A stretch of 64,000 bases of DNA. It comes from Candidatus Micrarchaeia archaeon. GTDB lineage: Archaea > Micrarchaeota > Micrarchaeia > Burarchaeales > JACRGF01. The stretch covers positions 68,456-132,455 of the forward strand of contig JAWAFC010000001.1 in assembly GCA_038890815.1 (NCBI GenBank), given 5' to 3'. Numbering within the stretch: the first letter of the stretch is position 1; each line of letters begins with the position of its first letter. Positions 23,637 through 33,188 of this stretch are shown piece by piece. The position numbers and the translations under genes are program-made. A model generated the notes under the pieces. It did not search any database. It had not been told where the DNA came from and saw nothing but the letters and a program-made list of their open reading frames with translations.

Positions 23637-25067
23637 TCAGTAGGCTTTGGCGAACCAGACAGCAAAGCCCTCCTTCCCGCATTGGATGCAGACGCCATCC
23701 TCCCTCGGCTTGTCAAATTCTGTACCCCTGACCTCGGCGGTTGTGGCCTCCTGTATCGCCTTGGCGCATTCCACCCCACCGCACCAGCCTGCCTTGACGA
23801 AGCCCCCTTTTTGCCCGATTATATCCTTCAGCTCAGCTATGCTGCGGGCGGTTGAGAGGCGCGCGCGGAGGGATTCCTCGGCTTTTTTCCGCAACTCGGA
23901 AAGGATTGTTTCAAAGTCCCTTTTCACCTCGCTGACAAGCCCGTCCTGTGGCACGCTTTTCTTCCCGCCCGTTCTCAGCGCGATGACCACTTTCTTCTCT
24001 GCGATTTCCTTTGGGCCTATCTCTATGCGGATGGGAACGCCCTTGCCCTCCCAGTGGTAGAATTTCTCGCCCGGTCTGACATCGCGCTCGTCTATGTCGA
24101 CGCGTATGCCAGCACGCGCAAGCCTGTTTTTTATCTTCCTGCAGACTTTGATGATTTCTTTCTCTTTTTCCGTGCTGGGAATGGGAACAATGATGACCTG
24201 AAGGGGCGCGATGGCCGGAGGCAGGATGAGGCCTCTGTTGTCGCCGTGAACTGCTATGACCGCGGCGAGGCATCGCATGCTGATCCCATAAGTAGTCTGC
24301 TTGGCAAAGTGCTTGTGGCCCTGTGGGTCGTCGAATTCTATCCCGTAGACGCGCGAGAAGTTCTCGCCGAGGTTGTGGATGGTGGCGGCCTGCAGGACTT
24401 TGCCATCCGGCATGAGCACATCGAGCGCGATGGAGTACACCGCACCAGGGAATTTATCGTGATCCGGCCTGCGCAGGGCGAGGAAGGGCACGCCGAGAGT
24501 GCCGTAGAACTCGCTGTAGATGCGGAAGGCCTCGCGGATCTGCCTTTCGGCATCTTCTTCGCTCGCGTGCGCGCAATGCGCCTCGTTCCAGAAGATCTCC
24601 CTGCCGCGGATGAGCGGCCTTGTCATCTTGGTGTCGTACCTGTAAACACAGCATGTCTGGTGCACGCGCATGGGGAGATCGGCGTGCGAGCGAATCCACA
24701 GCGCGAACATTGGGTAGATGACGGTCTCGCTTGTAGGGCGCACGGCGAGCTTCCTCTCCATGCGTTCGAGGCCGGCATGCGTGGCCCACATGACTTCGTC
24801 GGCAAAGCCCGCGATGTGCTCGGCCTCCTTGCCGAACTGCTCTTCGGGAATGAGCAGGGGGAAGAGCATCTGCTGGTGGCCTGAGGCATTCAGCAGCTTC
24901 TCCAGAAGATCGAAGCAAGCGCGCAGGGCAGCGTAGCCCCACGCCTTGTAGATGGGCATACCCTTGACGGGATAGCGTATGTCCGTGATGTCAGCCTGCT
25001 CAATGACCTGCGAGAACCATTCGGAAAAATTGCTCTTATCAAGCTCCACGTATGTCTTTATATTCAA
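23637..25067 (-). CDS. proS: Prolyl-tRNA synthetase (archaeal/eukaryal type class II)
   Basis: The 476-aa ORF has class II motifs (FRYDTKMTRPLIRGREIFWNEAH, GISMRCLAAVIAVHGDNRGLILPP) and a C-terminal zinc-binding domain. Confidence 0.9.
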   Translation of the reverse strand: MNIKTYVELDKSNFSEWFSQVIEQADITDIRYPVKGMPIYKAWGYAALRACFDLLEKLLNASGHQQMLFPLLIPEEQFGKEAEHIAGFADEVMWATHAGLERMERKLAVRPTSETVIYPMFALWIRSHADLPMRVHQTCCVYRYDTKMTRPLIRGREIFWNEAHCAHASEEDAERQIREAFRIYSEFYGTLGVPFLALRRPDHDKFPGAVYSIALDVLMPDGKVLQAATIHNLGENFSRVYGIEFDDPQGHKHFAKQTTYGISMRCLAAVIAVHGDNRGLILPPAIAPLQVIIVPIPSTEKEKEIIKVCRKIKNRLARAGIRVDIDERDVRPGEKFYHWEGKGVPIRIEIGPKEIAEKKVVIALRTGGKKSVPQDGLVSEVKRDFETILSELRKKAEESLRARLSTARSIAELKDIIGQKGGFVKAGWCGGVECAKAIQEATTAEVRGTEFDKPREDGVCIQCGKEGFAVWFAKAY

Positions 25068-25086
25068 AAAGGTTTAAATTGGTTGG

Positions 25087-25455
25087 ATGGAAAGGCAAGG
25101 CTGTGGGAGGTTGACAATCGTGATGGCAGCTTTGCTGGTGGCCTGCGTGACGCAGCCGCCGCCAGCCGCTGCGGCTTTTGCCAGCTCTTCCAGAGTTTCC
25201 TTTCACTGCTCAAATCCGTCTTTCGAGCAAATCGGATTCTCGCGCGTGTTGAAACTTGAGGTGAATTTCAAGAACGAAGGGAGCATGCTGGCAAGCGGAT
25301 GCGCGAGAGTGCAGGTGGTTGGAAAGAATGCGGATGTGCTCGCCGAAAAACTCACCTGCAGTAGGTTGCTATTTCCAGGAGAGACGCAGGCCGTCAGGGT
25401 TGAGGTGGCCGCTCCCATAGGTTCCTCACCAGCAAGCTATGCGTGCGTGAGGTGA
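25087..25455 (+). CDS. Small hypothetical secreted or lipoprotein
   Basis: The 122-aa ORF has an N-terminal hydrophobic segment with LLVAC. Confidence 0.4.
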   Translation: MERQGCGRLTIVMAALLVACVTQPPPAAAAFASSSRVSFHCSNPSFEQIGFSRVLKLEVNFKNEGSMLASGCARVQVVGKNADVLAEKLTCSRLLFPGETQAVRVEVAAPIGSSPASYACVR

Positions 25456-25501
25456 TTGCCTGGCGTTAAGAGCAACCCTGGGATTTATCGGTGCCGGAAA
25501 G

Positions 25502-26266
25502 ATGGGCAGCGCGCTGATCAGAGGCCTGCTCGCGGCGAAGGCTGTGAGCCCGGGACAGATTGTTGTTAGCGATGCCAGTGGCGATAAGGCTGCCACGCTA
25601 GCGAGCGAGCTGGGAGTGGGTGTGAGCGATAACCGCGGGGTGGTGCGGCAAAGCGATGTGATTCTTCTGTGCGTAAAGCCGCGCGATATGCCTTCTGTCC
25701 TCGAGGAGATTGGGGGGGATGCCGCGGGGAAGCTCGTCATCTCCATAGCTGCGGGCATCCCCACAGGCCTTGTCGAGGGGAGGCTTGCCGGAGCCCGTGT
25801 TGCGAGGGCGATGCCGAATCTACCATGTCTTGTGGGCGAGGGCGCGAGCGCCTATGCGCTCGGGAAAACGGCGAACGAGAGTGATGCCGCAGTTGTCACG
25901 TCGCTCTTCGGCTCTGTGGGAAAGGTCGTGCGCGTGAAGGAGGAGCTGTTGGATGCCGTGACCGCATTGAGCGGTTGTGGGCCTGCCTATTTCTATGAAG
26001 CTATCGACGCGCTGGCTGAGGCTGGCGAGAGAGCTGGTCTGCCGAGGGATATCGCGCGCGCGCTGGCCGCGCAGACCTGCCTCGGAGCCGGGAGAATGGT
26101 GGAGAAAACAGGCCTGTCGCCTGAGGAGCTGATCGCGCAAGTCGCCACCCCGGGCGGAGCAACCGAGGCTGGAATGAAAGAGTTAAAAAGCGCGAAGTTC
26201 AGAGAAGCGCTGGCAAATGCCTTCAAAGCCGCTGCCAAACGGGCAAAGGAGCTTGGGTTTAGATGA
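25502..26266 (+). CDS. proC: Pyrroline-5-carboxylate reductase. The annotated ATG lies inside the dinucleotide-binding loop, so the true start is probably a non-canonical codon upstream.
   Basis: It reads ...VILLCVKPRDM...AMPNLPCLVGEGASAY...P5CR C-terminal domain. In-frame upstream codons encode ATLGFIGAGK preceding MGSALIRGLL, with no ATG/GTG/TTG before the stop at 25448. Confidence 0.85.
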   Translation: MGSALIRGLLAAKAVSPGQIVVSDASGDKAATLASELGVGVSDNRGVVRQSDVILLCVKPRDMPSVLEEIGGDAAGKLVISIAAGIPTGLVEGRLAGARVARAMPNLPCLVGEGASAYALGKTANESDAAVVTSLFGSVGKVVRVKEELLDAVTALSGCGPAYFYEAIDALAEAGERAGLPRDIARALAAQTCLGAGRMVEKTGLSPEELIAQVATPGGATEAGMKELKSAKFREALANAFKAAAKRAKELGFR

Positions 26267-27942
26267 GTGTGGGGGGAATGAGTAGGCTCGGGATAATCGC
26301 GTTAGCAGCGTTTCTGTTCTTGGCCGGCTGCCTTGCTCCTCCAAAGTTCCAGTGCCCGGACGGCACGCTGGTGGAGAACGCCTCCCTGTGCCCCGTGCCT
26401 CCCTCCAGGGTATGTCCTTTCTCGTGCGATGATGCAAACCCGTGCACGAGCGACTACTGCTCGGCGGAGACCAACTATTCCTGCGCACACGCTCCGTTGA
26501 GCGGAGAACAGGCTGGCTGCTCGGGCAACATCACCCCATGCCAATACAGGACATGTGAGGCTGGCGTGTGTGAGACGAGAATGCGGGAAGATTGCTGCGG
26601 GAATGGAGCATGCGAAGCGAGTGAGGACGCCAGCACGTGTCCCGTCGATTGCATGCTCGCGAACGTGACGCAGAATGTCACCAACATCACTGTCAGCCCA
26701 CCGCCATCGCCTTCCTCTTCCTATTTTGGAGTGTTGAATGCGGATACCGACTATTCTGCGGCAGTGGAGTTGGGGGTGGGATGGAATAGGCCCATGACTG
26801 GCCCGTTTGACTGGAATATGATAGAACGCGTTGAGGGGGGGTATGACTTCAATCTCACTGACGAATACGTTGCGCGCTCGCAGGCAAACAACCTGACCAT
26901 CCAGGCCATCATCTGGCCATACAATAACCGGGATCAGCTGTCATGTCATGGGAATGAGTGTAAATTTCAGGGAATCGGCTCGCTGTCGCTTTTCAGATGC
27001 GCGCCCTGTGACTATAGGAAATACGAGAGGTTCGTCAGGGCGCTCGTGGAGAGATATGATGGGGATGGTGTGGAGGATATGCCGGGCCTCAGGGAAGCCA
27101 TCAGGTACTGGGAGGTGGTGGATAGACCTTCGCTCGGGGATGGAAATGCGCCCTACTTCAGGGGAACGTCGTTTGAATATGCGAACCTGCTGAGGGTTAC
27201 TTACGGCGCGGTGAAGGCTTCCTGTCCAGAGTGTGAAGTAATGTATGGTGGGCTGTCCGACCTGGATGTCTCGACGGTAAATTTCTTTGAGCGCACGCTA
27301 CAGTTCGGCGCGAAAGACCACTTCTATATCGCATCGTTGCACGCTAACAACGCCGGCGAGGGTGTGAATCTGCTCTCCTTCAAGAACGTCCTCGCTCGAA
27401 ATAATCTTAAAAAGGAAGTGTGGCTCACAGAGGTGGCCTATCCCACCGGCAATTTCACTTACGAGCGATACGGCCCGGGGGTGAAGAGCCTAAGCGAGGA
27501 GGAGCAAGCTGCCGTGCTCGTGCGGAGCTATGTTTTCGCGCTCGCCAATGGTGCCAAGAAGATCTTTTACTCGCGCCTGAAAGAAGGACCTACCCTGTCG
27601 GAGGAGGAGAATTCGTATGCGCTCGTGAAATACGATGGGGGAAAGAGGCCGGCCTTCTATGCGCTCAAATTTCTGATACACCAGATTGACCGCTTTACCT
27701 CTGTTGAGATGCTCGATTATGGACCCGAGGTGCGCGCGTACAAGTTTGTTGTCCCGAGCAAACCCGCGCCCGTATATGTATTCTGGAGCAACGAGCCAAA
27801 GAGAGTGAATTTCACGAGCGACTCGTCCGCCATCAGGGTAAGCAACATATTTGGCAATGAGAGCTATGAGGTTCCCACGCAGTTCAGAACAGCCAAACTG
27901 ACGCTGACCCGCACGCCAATTTACGTAGAGGAAATCGGCTGA
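26263..27942 (+). CDS. Secreted lipoprotein with an N-terminal Cys-rich module and a C-terminal glycoside-hydrolase-like TIM-barrel domain
   Basis: It has an FLAGC lipobox. About 20 Cys lie in the first 130 aa (EDCCGNGACEASEDASTCPVDCM). The GH5/GH39-like region has a candidate catalytic Glu in WLTEVAYP. Confidence 0.7.
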   Translation: MSVGGMSRLGIIALAAFLFLAGCLAPPKFQCPDGTLVENASLCPVPPSRVCPFSCDDANPCTSDYCSAETNYSCAHAPLSGEQAGCSGNITPCQYRTCEAGVCETRMREDCCGNGACEASEDASTCPVDCMLANVTQNVTNITVSPPPSPSSSYFGVLNADTDYSAAVELGVGWNRPMTGPFDWNMIERVEGGYDFNLTDEYVARSQANNLTIQAIIWPYNNRDQLSCHGNECKFQGIGSLSLFRCAPCDYRKYERFVRALVERYDGDGVEDMPGLREAIRYWEVVDRPSLGDGNAPYFRGTSFEYANLLRVTYGAVKASCPECEVMYGGLSDLDVSTVNFFERTLQFGAKDHFYIASLHANNAGEGVNLLSFKNVLARNNLKKEVWLTEVAYPTGNFTYERYGPGVKSLSEEEQAAVLVRSYVFALANGAKKIFYSRLKEGPTLSEEENSYALVKYDGGKRPAFYALKFLIHQIDRFTSVEMLDYGPEVRAYKFVVPSKPAPVYVFWSNEPKRVNFTSDSSAIRVSNIFGNESYEVPTQFRTAKLTLTRTPIYVEEIG

Positions 27943-27951
27943 GGGGCTGTT

Positions 27952-28620
27952 TTGACTAAAGCAGTCATATTTGATTTTGACGGCGTGCTGGCTGATACAC
28001 GGCAAGCAGCCATATCCGCATACAAAGAGGCACTTGCCGAAAAAGGTTATAGGATAACCTCGGAAGAAGTGAGAAGGTTCTGGGGTGGAGGACCGTTTTG
28101 GACAATAAAGCGCTTTTTTGAATCCCATGGGATAAGTAAGAGCAGAAAAGAAATCGAGGCAATAGCGAGGAGAAAAACAATTCTGCAGGTAAAGATGGTG
28201 GGGCGCAACAGACTCCTTCCGGGCGTCAAGCCTCTCCTCTCCGCGCTCAAGGGCCATGTGCTTATGGGTGTGGCAACCTCGAATAGGCTGGCGCTGGCGA
28301 AAGCATTTCTAAAGCATTACAAAATTGACAGATTTTTTAGTGCGATTGCTACCGCAGAAGCCGGGGACAGGCCAAAGCCTTTTCCAGACCAGTACCTGAA
28401 GGCTGCCAGGCTTCTGGGAGTAAGGCCCAAGGACTGCGTGGCTGTGGAGGACATGGAGGTTGGTATCCGGGCAGCAAAGAGAGCTGGGATGAGAGTTATC
28501 GGAGTGGCCGGAGGGCTGGAACCTGAGAAAAAGCTCAAGAGGGCAAAGCCCGATTTGTTTGTGAAGAGTCTGCGCGAAAGGAAAAAGATCCTCCAGTTCC
28601 TCCTCATGGAAAGCCTTTAA
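27952..28620 (+). CDS. HAD-superfamily hydrolase (subfamily IA, beta-phosphoglucomutase-like)
   Basis: It has motif I (VIFDFDGVLADT), motif II (GVATSN), motif III (K...) and motif IV (VAVEDMEVG). Confidence 0.8.
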   Translation: MTKAVIFDFDGVLADTRQAAISAYKEALAEKGYRITSEEVRRFWGGGPFWTIKRFFESHGISKSRKEIEAIARRKTILQVKMVGRNRLLPGVKPLLSALKGHVLMGVATSNRLALAKAFLKHYKIDRFFSAIATAEAGDRPKPFPDQYLKAARLLGVRPKDCVAVEDMEVGIRAAKRAGMRVIGVAGGLEPEKKLKRAKPDLFVKSLRERKKILQFLLMESL

Positions 28621-28642
28621 ATTACATCCGAGAAAACGCAAC

Positions 28643-29935
28643 GTGGCAAGCGAATGGTATCAGGAATTTGTTGATTTTGAGAAAAAGCCAGCGAATAGCG
28701 ATCTGGTAGCTCTCTTTTACTTTGAGCCCGCCGATGGGATTTCACGCGATGAGGCGTTGGGGAGGATAGCCTCAGAGAGCTCGGTGGGGACTTGGACAAC
28801 GCTGGCCAAGCTTCCACCGAGAATAAAGAGGCTCAAGGGCGTGGCATTTGAGGCGAAGGGGAATTTTGCAAAGCTATGTTATCCGCTCGAGCTGTGGGAA
28901 AAGGGAAATATGCCACAGCTGCTGAGCGGAATTGCTGGTAACATTTTTGGGATGAAAGCGCTGGCTAACCTCAGGCTCATTGACATATCGCTGCCGAGAG
29001 AGTATGTGAGGGCTTTTAGGGGACCCCAGTTTGGAATAGGCGGGGTGCGAAAGATTTTCAGGCAGCCTAAAAGGCCGCTCACCGCAACTGTGCCAAAGCC
29101 AAAAATCGGGTTTTCTGCAAAAGAGCATTCTGAGGTAGCCTACGAGGCCTGGAGCGGTGGCATAGATCTGATTAAGGATGATGAGAACCTGAGCTCGCTG
29201 AAGTTCAACCGATTTGAGGAAAGGGTTAGGCGATGTGCCAGGATGAGGGCAAAGGCGGAAAGAGAGACGGGCGAGACCAAGAGCGCACTCTTCAACATCA
29301 CGGCGGAGACGAAGGAAATGCTGAAGAGAGCAAAGCTATTGCATGATTTAGGATGGGAGTATGTTATGGTGGATGTTATGACCGTTGGGTTTGCCGGCCT
29401 CCAGAGCGTGCGCGAGGCCTGCCAGGATTACGGGTTGGCCATCCACGCGCACAGAGCCATGCATGCGGCTTTTACAAGAAATCCAAAGCACGGCATAAGC
29501 ATGCTGTGTCTGGCAAAGCTGCTGCGCCTCATTGGGGTCGACCAGCTTCACATCGGTACGGCTGTGGGAAAGCTCGTAGGAACCGAGGAGGAGGTGAAGC
29601 GCGTCAGGGATGTGATCACAAAAGAAAAGCTGGGTGAGGAGTTTCCGCTCAATCTCTCGCAGGACTGGTTCGGTATCAAGCCCGTGTTTCCAGTGTCATC
29701 AGGTGGATTACATCCGGGTCTTGTGCCGGATGTGATGGCCATGTTTGGGAACGATGTAATCATCCAGGCAGGCGGAGGGGTTCACGGCCATCCAGATGGC
29801 ACGCGCGCTGGTGCGATGGCGCTCAGACAGGCCATCGAGGCGTTCATGGCGGGAGAAAGCCTTGAGGAAAAGGCAAAAGGGCACCCTGAGCTTGCCCGCG
29901 CGCTTGCTAAGTGGGGCTATATCCGACCGAGGTGA
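28643..29935 (+). CDS. rbcL: Ribulose-1,5-bisphosphate carboxylase/oxygenase large subunit, archaeal form III
   Basis: It has the carbamylation-site context TVPKPKIG, GGIDLIKDDENL and HAHRAMHA, and the ORF is 430 aa. Confidence 0.9.
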   Translation: MASEWYQEFVDFEKKPANSDLVALFYFEPADGISRDEALGRIASESSVGTWTTLAKLPPRIKRLKGVAFEAKGNFAKLCYPLELWEKGNMPQLLSGIAGNIFGMKALANLRLIDISLPREYVRAFRGPQFGIGGVRKIFRQPKRPLTATVPKPKIGFSAKEHSEVAYEAWSGGIDLIKDDENLSSLKFNRFEERVRRCARMRAKAERETGETKSALFNITAETKEMLKRAKLLHDLGWEYVMVDVMTVGFAGLQSVREACQDYGLAIHAHRAMHAAFTRNPKHGISMLCLAKLLRLIGVDQLHIGTAVGKLVGTEEEVKRVRDVITKEKLGEEFPLNLSQDWFGIKPVFPVSSGGLHPGLVPDVMAMFGNDVIIQAGGGVHGHPDGTRAGAMALRQAIEAFMAGESLEEKAKGHPELARALAKWGYIRPR

Positions 29936-29939
29936 GGGA

Positions 29940-30275
29940 ATGAGGCGCACGGCGCTGAGGCAGAGGCTAGAGAGGGAGATCGCGAAGCTTGAAAAACAGG
30001 CAGAAGACCTGGAGGACTTGCATGAAAGCTTCACCGAACTGATTGTGGATTTGGAAAGGATTGTTGGGGAAATGTACAAAAGGCTACTGGAAAAAGAGGG
30101 TGCGAGAAAACCAGGCATCGCGCTCATTGAAAATTTTGTCTCGAGCGGGGAGAGCTCGCTCGTGCTCAGGGCAGATGCAATCCCCGAAAAGGAATACGCG
30201 AGATTCCTTGAGGAATTCAACGGCTTTCGAAAAAAATTGGAGGCGAGGCCTGCAGATGCGCAGGCGCCTCGTTAA
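29940..30275 (+). CDS. Small coiled-coil protein (hypothetical)
   Basis: The ATG is 4 nt after the rbcL stop. The 111-aa charged helical sequence lies within ORF 29796..30275. Confidence 0.4.
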   Translation: MRRTALRQRLEREIAKLEKQAEDLEDLHESFTELIVDLERIVGEMYKRLLEKEGARKPGIALIENFVSSGESSLVLRADAIPEKEYARFLEEFNGFRKKLEARPADAQAPR

Positions 30276-30469
30276 GTTTTTAAATTCGTTTGATATAATG
30301 TTGATAGTGAGCATGCTGTTTGGTCGTGCGAAACAGATGGCTGTTTCTCTTCTTGTTAGTGTAGTTGTCCTTAGATAAAGCTCAAGTCGCCCATTTCCGG
30401 CTTGAGCTCCGAGGTGCAAAATATGAGCAGACAAAAGAGGATAAAAAACTTGCATGAGAGGTGTAAGCC

Positions 30470-32203
30470 GTGAGGATGAAAGGGGCGAGGGCTATCTGCG
30501 AGGCCCTCAAAAAAGAGAAAGTTAAGCACATTTTCGGCCTCCCGGGAGGGGCCATCATGCCATTTTACGATGCTCTGCTGGATTATCCGGAGATAACGCA
30601 CTATCTGGTGAGGCATGAGCAGGGGGCAGCCCATGCCGCTGAAGGGTATGCCCGAGCCAGCGGAAAAGTTGGGGTGTGTGTGGCCACGAGCGGACCTGGC
30701 GCAACGAATTTGACCACAGGCCTGGCAGACGCGTACATGGACAGTGTGCCCATCATCGCAATGACAGGGCAGGTTATTCGAAGTCTGATAGGCAATGACG
30801 CCTTCCAAGAAGCAGATATTTTCGGAATAACCATGCCCATCACAAAACATAACTTCAAGGTCATGAATCCGGAGGAGTTGCCGAAGATACTGAAAATGGC
30901 CTTTACCATAGCGACTGCAGGAAGACCGGGGCCGGTGGCGATCGATCTACCCAAAGATGTCCAGAATGCCGAGATCGAGTTTAATTACCCTGAAACGATA
31001 ACCATCCCGGGTTACCAGCCGAAGTACGAGCCCCATCCCATCCAGGTGAAGAAGGCGGTGGAAGTTCTGATCTCGGCAGAGAGACCGGTCATACTCGCTG
31101 GCGGTGGAGTCATCATCTCAGGCGCGCACAAAGAAATAGCGAGGCTCAGCGAGGTATTGTTCGCTCCTGTTGTCTACACGCTCATGGCCAAAGGGGTGAT
31201 GGACGACACGCACCCGTTGTGTCTGGGACCTGTTGGAATGCATGGGAGGATAGGAGCGAACACCGCGCTCACTCTGGCCGATGTCGTGTTGGCGGTGGGA
31301 TGTAGGTTTGATGACAGAGTGACCGGGGACATCAGATATTTCGCTCCGCACGCGAAAATAATTCACGTCGACATCGATGCCGCCGAGATAGGCAAAAATG
31401 TGAAAGCAGACGTGCCCATTCAAGGAGATGCCAAAAGGGCGCTCACCGCGATACTCGCCGGGCTGGAGAAAGCGAAGAAAAAGGAAAGCGAGTGGAGCCG
31501 AAGATGCAGGGAACTCAAGGAGGCATGCAACTGCAACTACGGCGCGCTGGAAAATGTGCCTCTTCACCCAGCAAGAGTCATTAAGGAGCTGAATCAGCAC
31601 GTTCCAAAAGAGAGGACAATTTTTGTCACGGAGGTGGGGCAGAACCAAATGTGGGCCATGCACTTCATTGAGGCAGGAGAGCCGAGGCATTTCATCTCCA
31701 GTGGCGGCCTTGGCACCATGGGATTCGGACTACCGGCTTCCATTGGGGCAAAAGCCGCAAGGCCGGATATGCACGTGATCGACATCGCAGGAGACGGGAG
31801 CGTGCTGATGACGAACCAAGAGATCGCAACAAGCGTGCATTATGGATTGCCTGTTCTCATATGCATTCTCAACAACGGTTGGCTTGGTATGGTCAAGCAG
31901 TGGCAGAAGCTATTCATGGAAAAACGCTACTCGCACACCAAGCTGCACCCGCTCCCTGACTTCGTCAAGCTTTTCCAGAGCTATGGCGGAGACGGAGAGA
32001 GAGTGGAGAGGCCGAGCGAGCTTAAAGAAGCGATAAAGAGGGGATTGAAAAGCGATGTCATATACGCGCTTGACATTGTCATAGACCCAGAGATCGATGT
32101 GTTGCCCATGGTGCCGGCCGGCGGTCGCAATGATAGGATGATCCCGAGCCCGCTGTGCAGCAAGGTGGAGGCGCTGTCGAGGAAAATGCTGGGAATTGGG
32201 TGA
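30470..32203 (+). CDS. ilvB: Acetolactate synthase large (catalytic) subunit
   Basis: It has TPP-enzyme N-terminal, central and C-terminal domains, with GDG..LMTNQEIATSVHYGLPVLICILNNG as the ThDP-binding motif. Confidence 0.9.
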   Translation: MRMKGARAICEALKKEKVKHIFGLPGGAIMPFYDALLDYPEITHYLVRHEQGAAHAAEGYARASGKVGVCVATSGPGATNLTTGLADAYMDSVPIIAMTGQVIRSLIGNDAFQEADIFGITMPITKHNFKVMNPEELPKILKMAFTIATAGRPGPVAIDLPKDVQNAEIEFNYPETITIPGYQPKYEPHPIQVKKAVEVLISAERPVILAGGGVIISGAHKEIARLSEVLFAPVVYTLMAKGVMDDTHPLCLGPVGMHGRIGANTALTLADVVLAVGCRFDDRVTGDIRYFAPHAKIIHVDIDAAEIGKNVKADVPIQGDAKRALTAILAGLEKAKKKESEWSRRCRELKEACNCNYGALENVPLHPARVIKELNQHVPKERTIFVTEVGQNQMWAMHFIEAGEPRHFISSGGLGTMGFGLPASIGAKAARPDMHVIDIAGDGSVLMTNQEIATSVHYGLPVLICILNNGWLGMVKQWQKLFMEKRYSHTKLHPLPDFVKLFQSYGGDGERVERPSELKEAIKRGLKSDVIYALDIVIDPEIDVLPMVPAGGRNDRMIPSPLCSKVEALSRKMLGIG

Positions 32204-32717
32204 GGTTATGGCAGGCAACGCGAAGGGAAATGGAACGCCGCACGAGCACATCTTGTCACTTCTCGTGGAGGATAAGTTTGGCGTGCTGCAGAGAATCTCG
32301 GGAGTGTTTTCCAGGCGAGGATTCAACATGAACACGATTACTGTGGGAAAGACTGAGAAGCCCGGCCTCTCGCGCATGACAATCACGACAACGGGGGATG
32401 ACCACACCGTGGAGCAGATCATAAAGCAGCTCAGCAAGCTGGTGGAGACAATTAAAGTTGCAGAACTAGACCCTGCCAGGGCTGTGACGAGGGAAATCGT
32501 GCTCGCAAAAATACACGTGAAGGATTTTGCCGCGAGGAATGAGCTCATGAACTTTACCAACATATTCAGGGGGAGGGTGGTTGATGTGAGTGCTAATTCG
32601 ATGATCGTTGAGGTGACCGGGCCAGCTGACAAAATAGACGCCTTTGTTGAGCTCATCAGACCATTCGGCATAAAGGAAATGGTGAGAACGGGCATCACCG
32701 CTCTGTCGCGGGATTGA
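32196..32717 (+). CDS. ilvN: Acetolactate synthase small (regulatory) subunit
   Basis: It has the ACT-domain sequence HILSLLVEDKFGVLQRISGVFSRRGFNMNTITVG. It overlaps ilvB by 8 nt. Confidence 0.85.
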   Translation: MGEVMAGNAKGNGTPHEHILSLLVEDKFGVLQRISGVFSRRGFNMNTITVGKTEKPGLSRMTITTTGDDHTVEQIIKQLSKLVETIKVAELDPARAVTREIVLAKIHVKDFAARNELMNFTNIFRGRVVDVSANSMIVEVTGPADKIDAFVELIRPFGIKEMVRTGITALSRD

Positions 32718-32727
32718 GAGGGTTTGC

Positions 32728-33183
32728 TTGAAATCTAAAGAATTGAAGATGGGGAGGCTGATCGCTGTCAAGTTCGAACCCGAGGAGGAGATTATCGGAG
32801 GGCTGGAGCGGGTGTGCGCCACACACAGCATCCGCTCTGGAGTGATTTGGGGAATCGGCGCGTTGAGAGAGGCCGAATTGATCACGGCCGCGAGCACCAA
32901 AAGACTCAACCCGCAAACCGACGTGCTTAGAGGGCCAATTGAAATCGCGTGCGCGCACGGGAATGTCTCGCTGAAAAACGGAAAGCCAGCCGTGCATCTG
33001 CATGCGACGCTCAGCCTGCTCGCCGACAATGACGCAGGGCAGAGGCCAGGCGTGAAAAAGACGCTTTCGACGCATATCGCGAGGGGGATAGTCTCGCTCA
33101 CGGGCGAGTTCTTTATTCTTGAGACGGGCGCGCTTTCCAGAGAATTGGATGAGAGGATTAAAATGTTTGTTTGGAAATTATAG
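32728..33183 (+). CDS. PPC/DUF296-domain protein (PD-(D/E)XK-unrelated, predicted nucleic-acid-binding fold) embedded in the ilv operon
   Basis: It reads [44 protein letters not shown]...HLHATLS. Confidence 0.55.
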   Translation: MKSKELKMGRLIAVKFEPEEEIIGGLERVCATHSIRSGVIWGIGALREAELITAASTKRLNPQTDVLRGPIEIACAHGNVSLKNGKPAVHLHATLSLLADNDAGQRPGVKKTLSTHIARGIVSLTGEFFILETGALSRELDERIKMFVWKL

Positions 33184-33188
33184 GGGGG

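Noticed and set aside
30043-30378. 111-aa plus-strand ORF overlapping the rbcL-downstream coiled-coil gene and the ilvB leader
   Set aside because: It is in an alternative frame to the better-supported 29940..30275 ORF, it runs into the A/T-rich leader and it has Arg/Lys-rich low-complexity composition.
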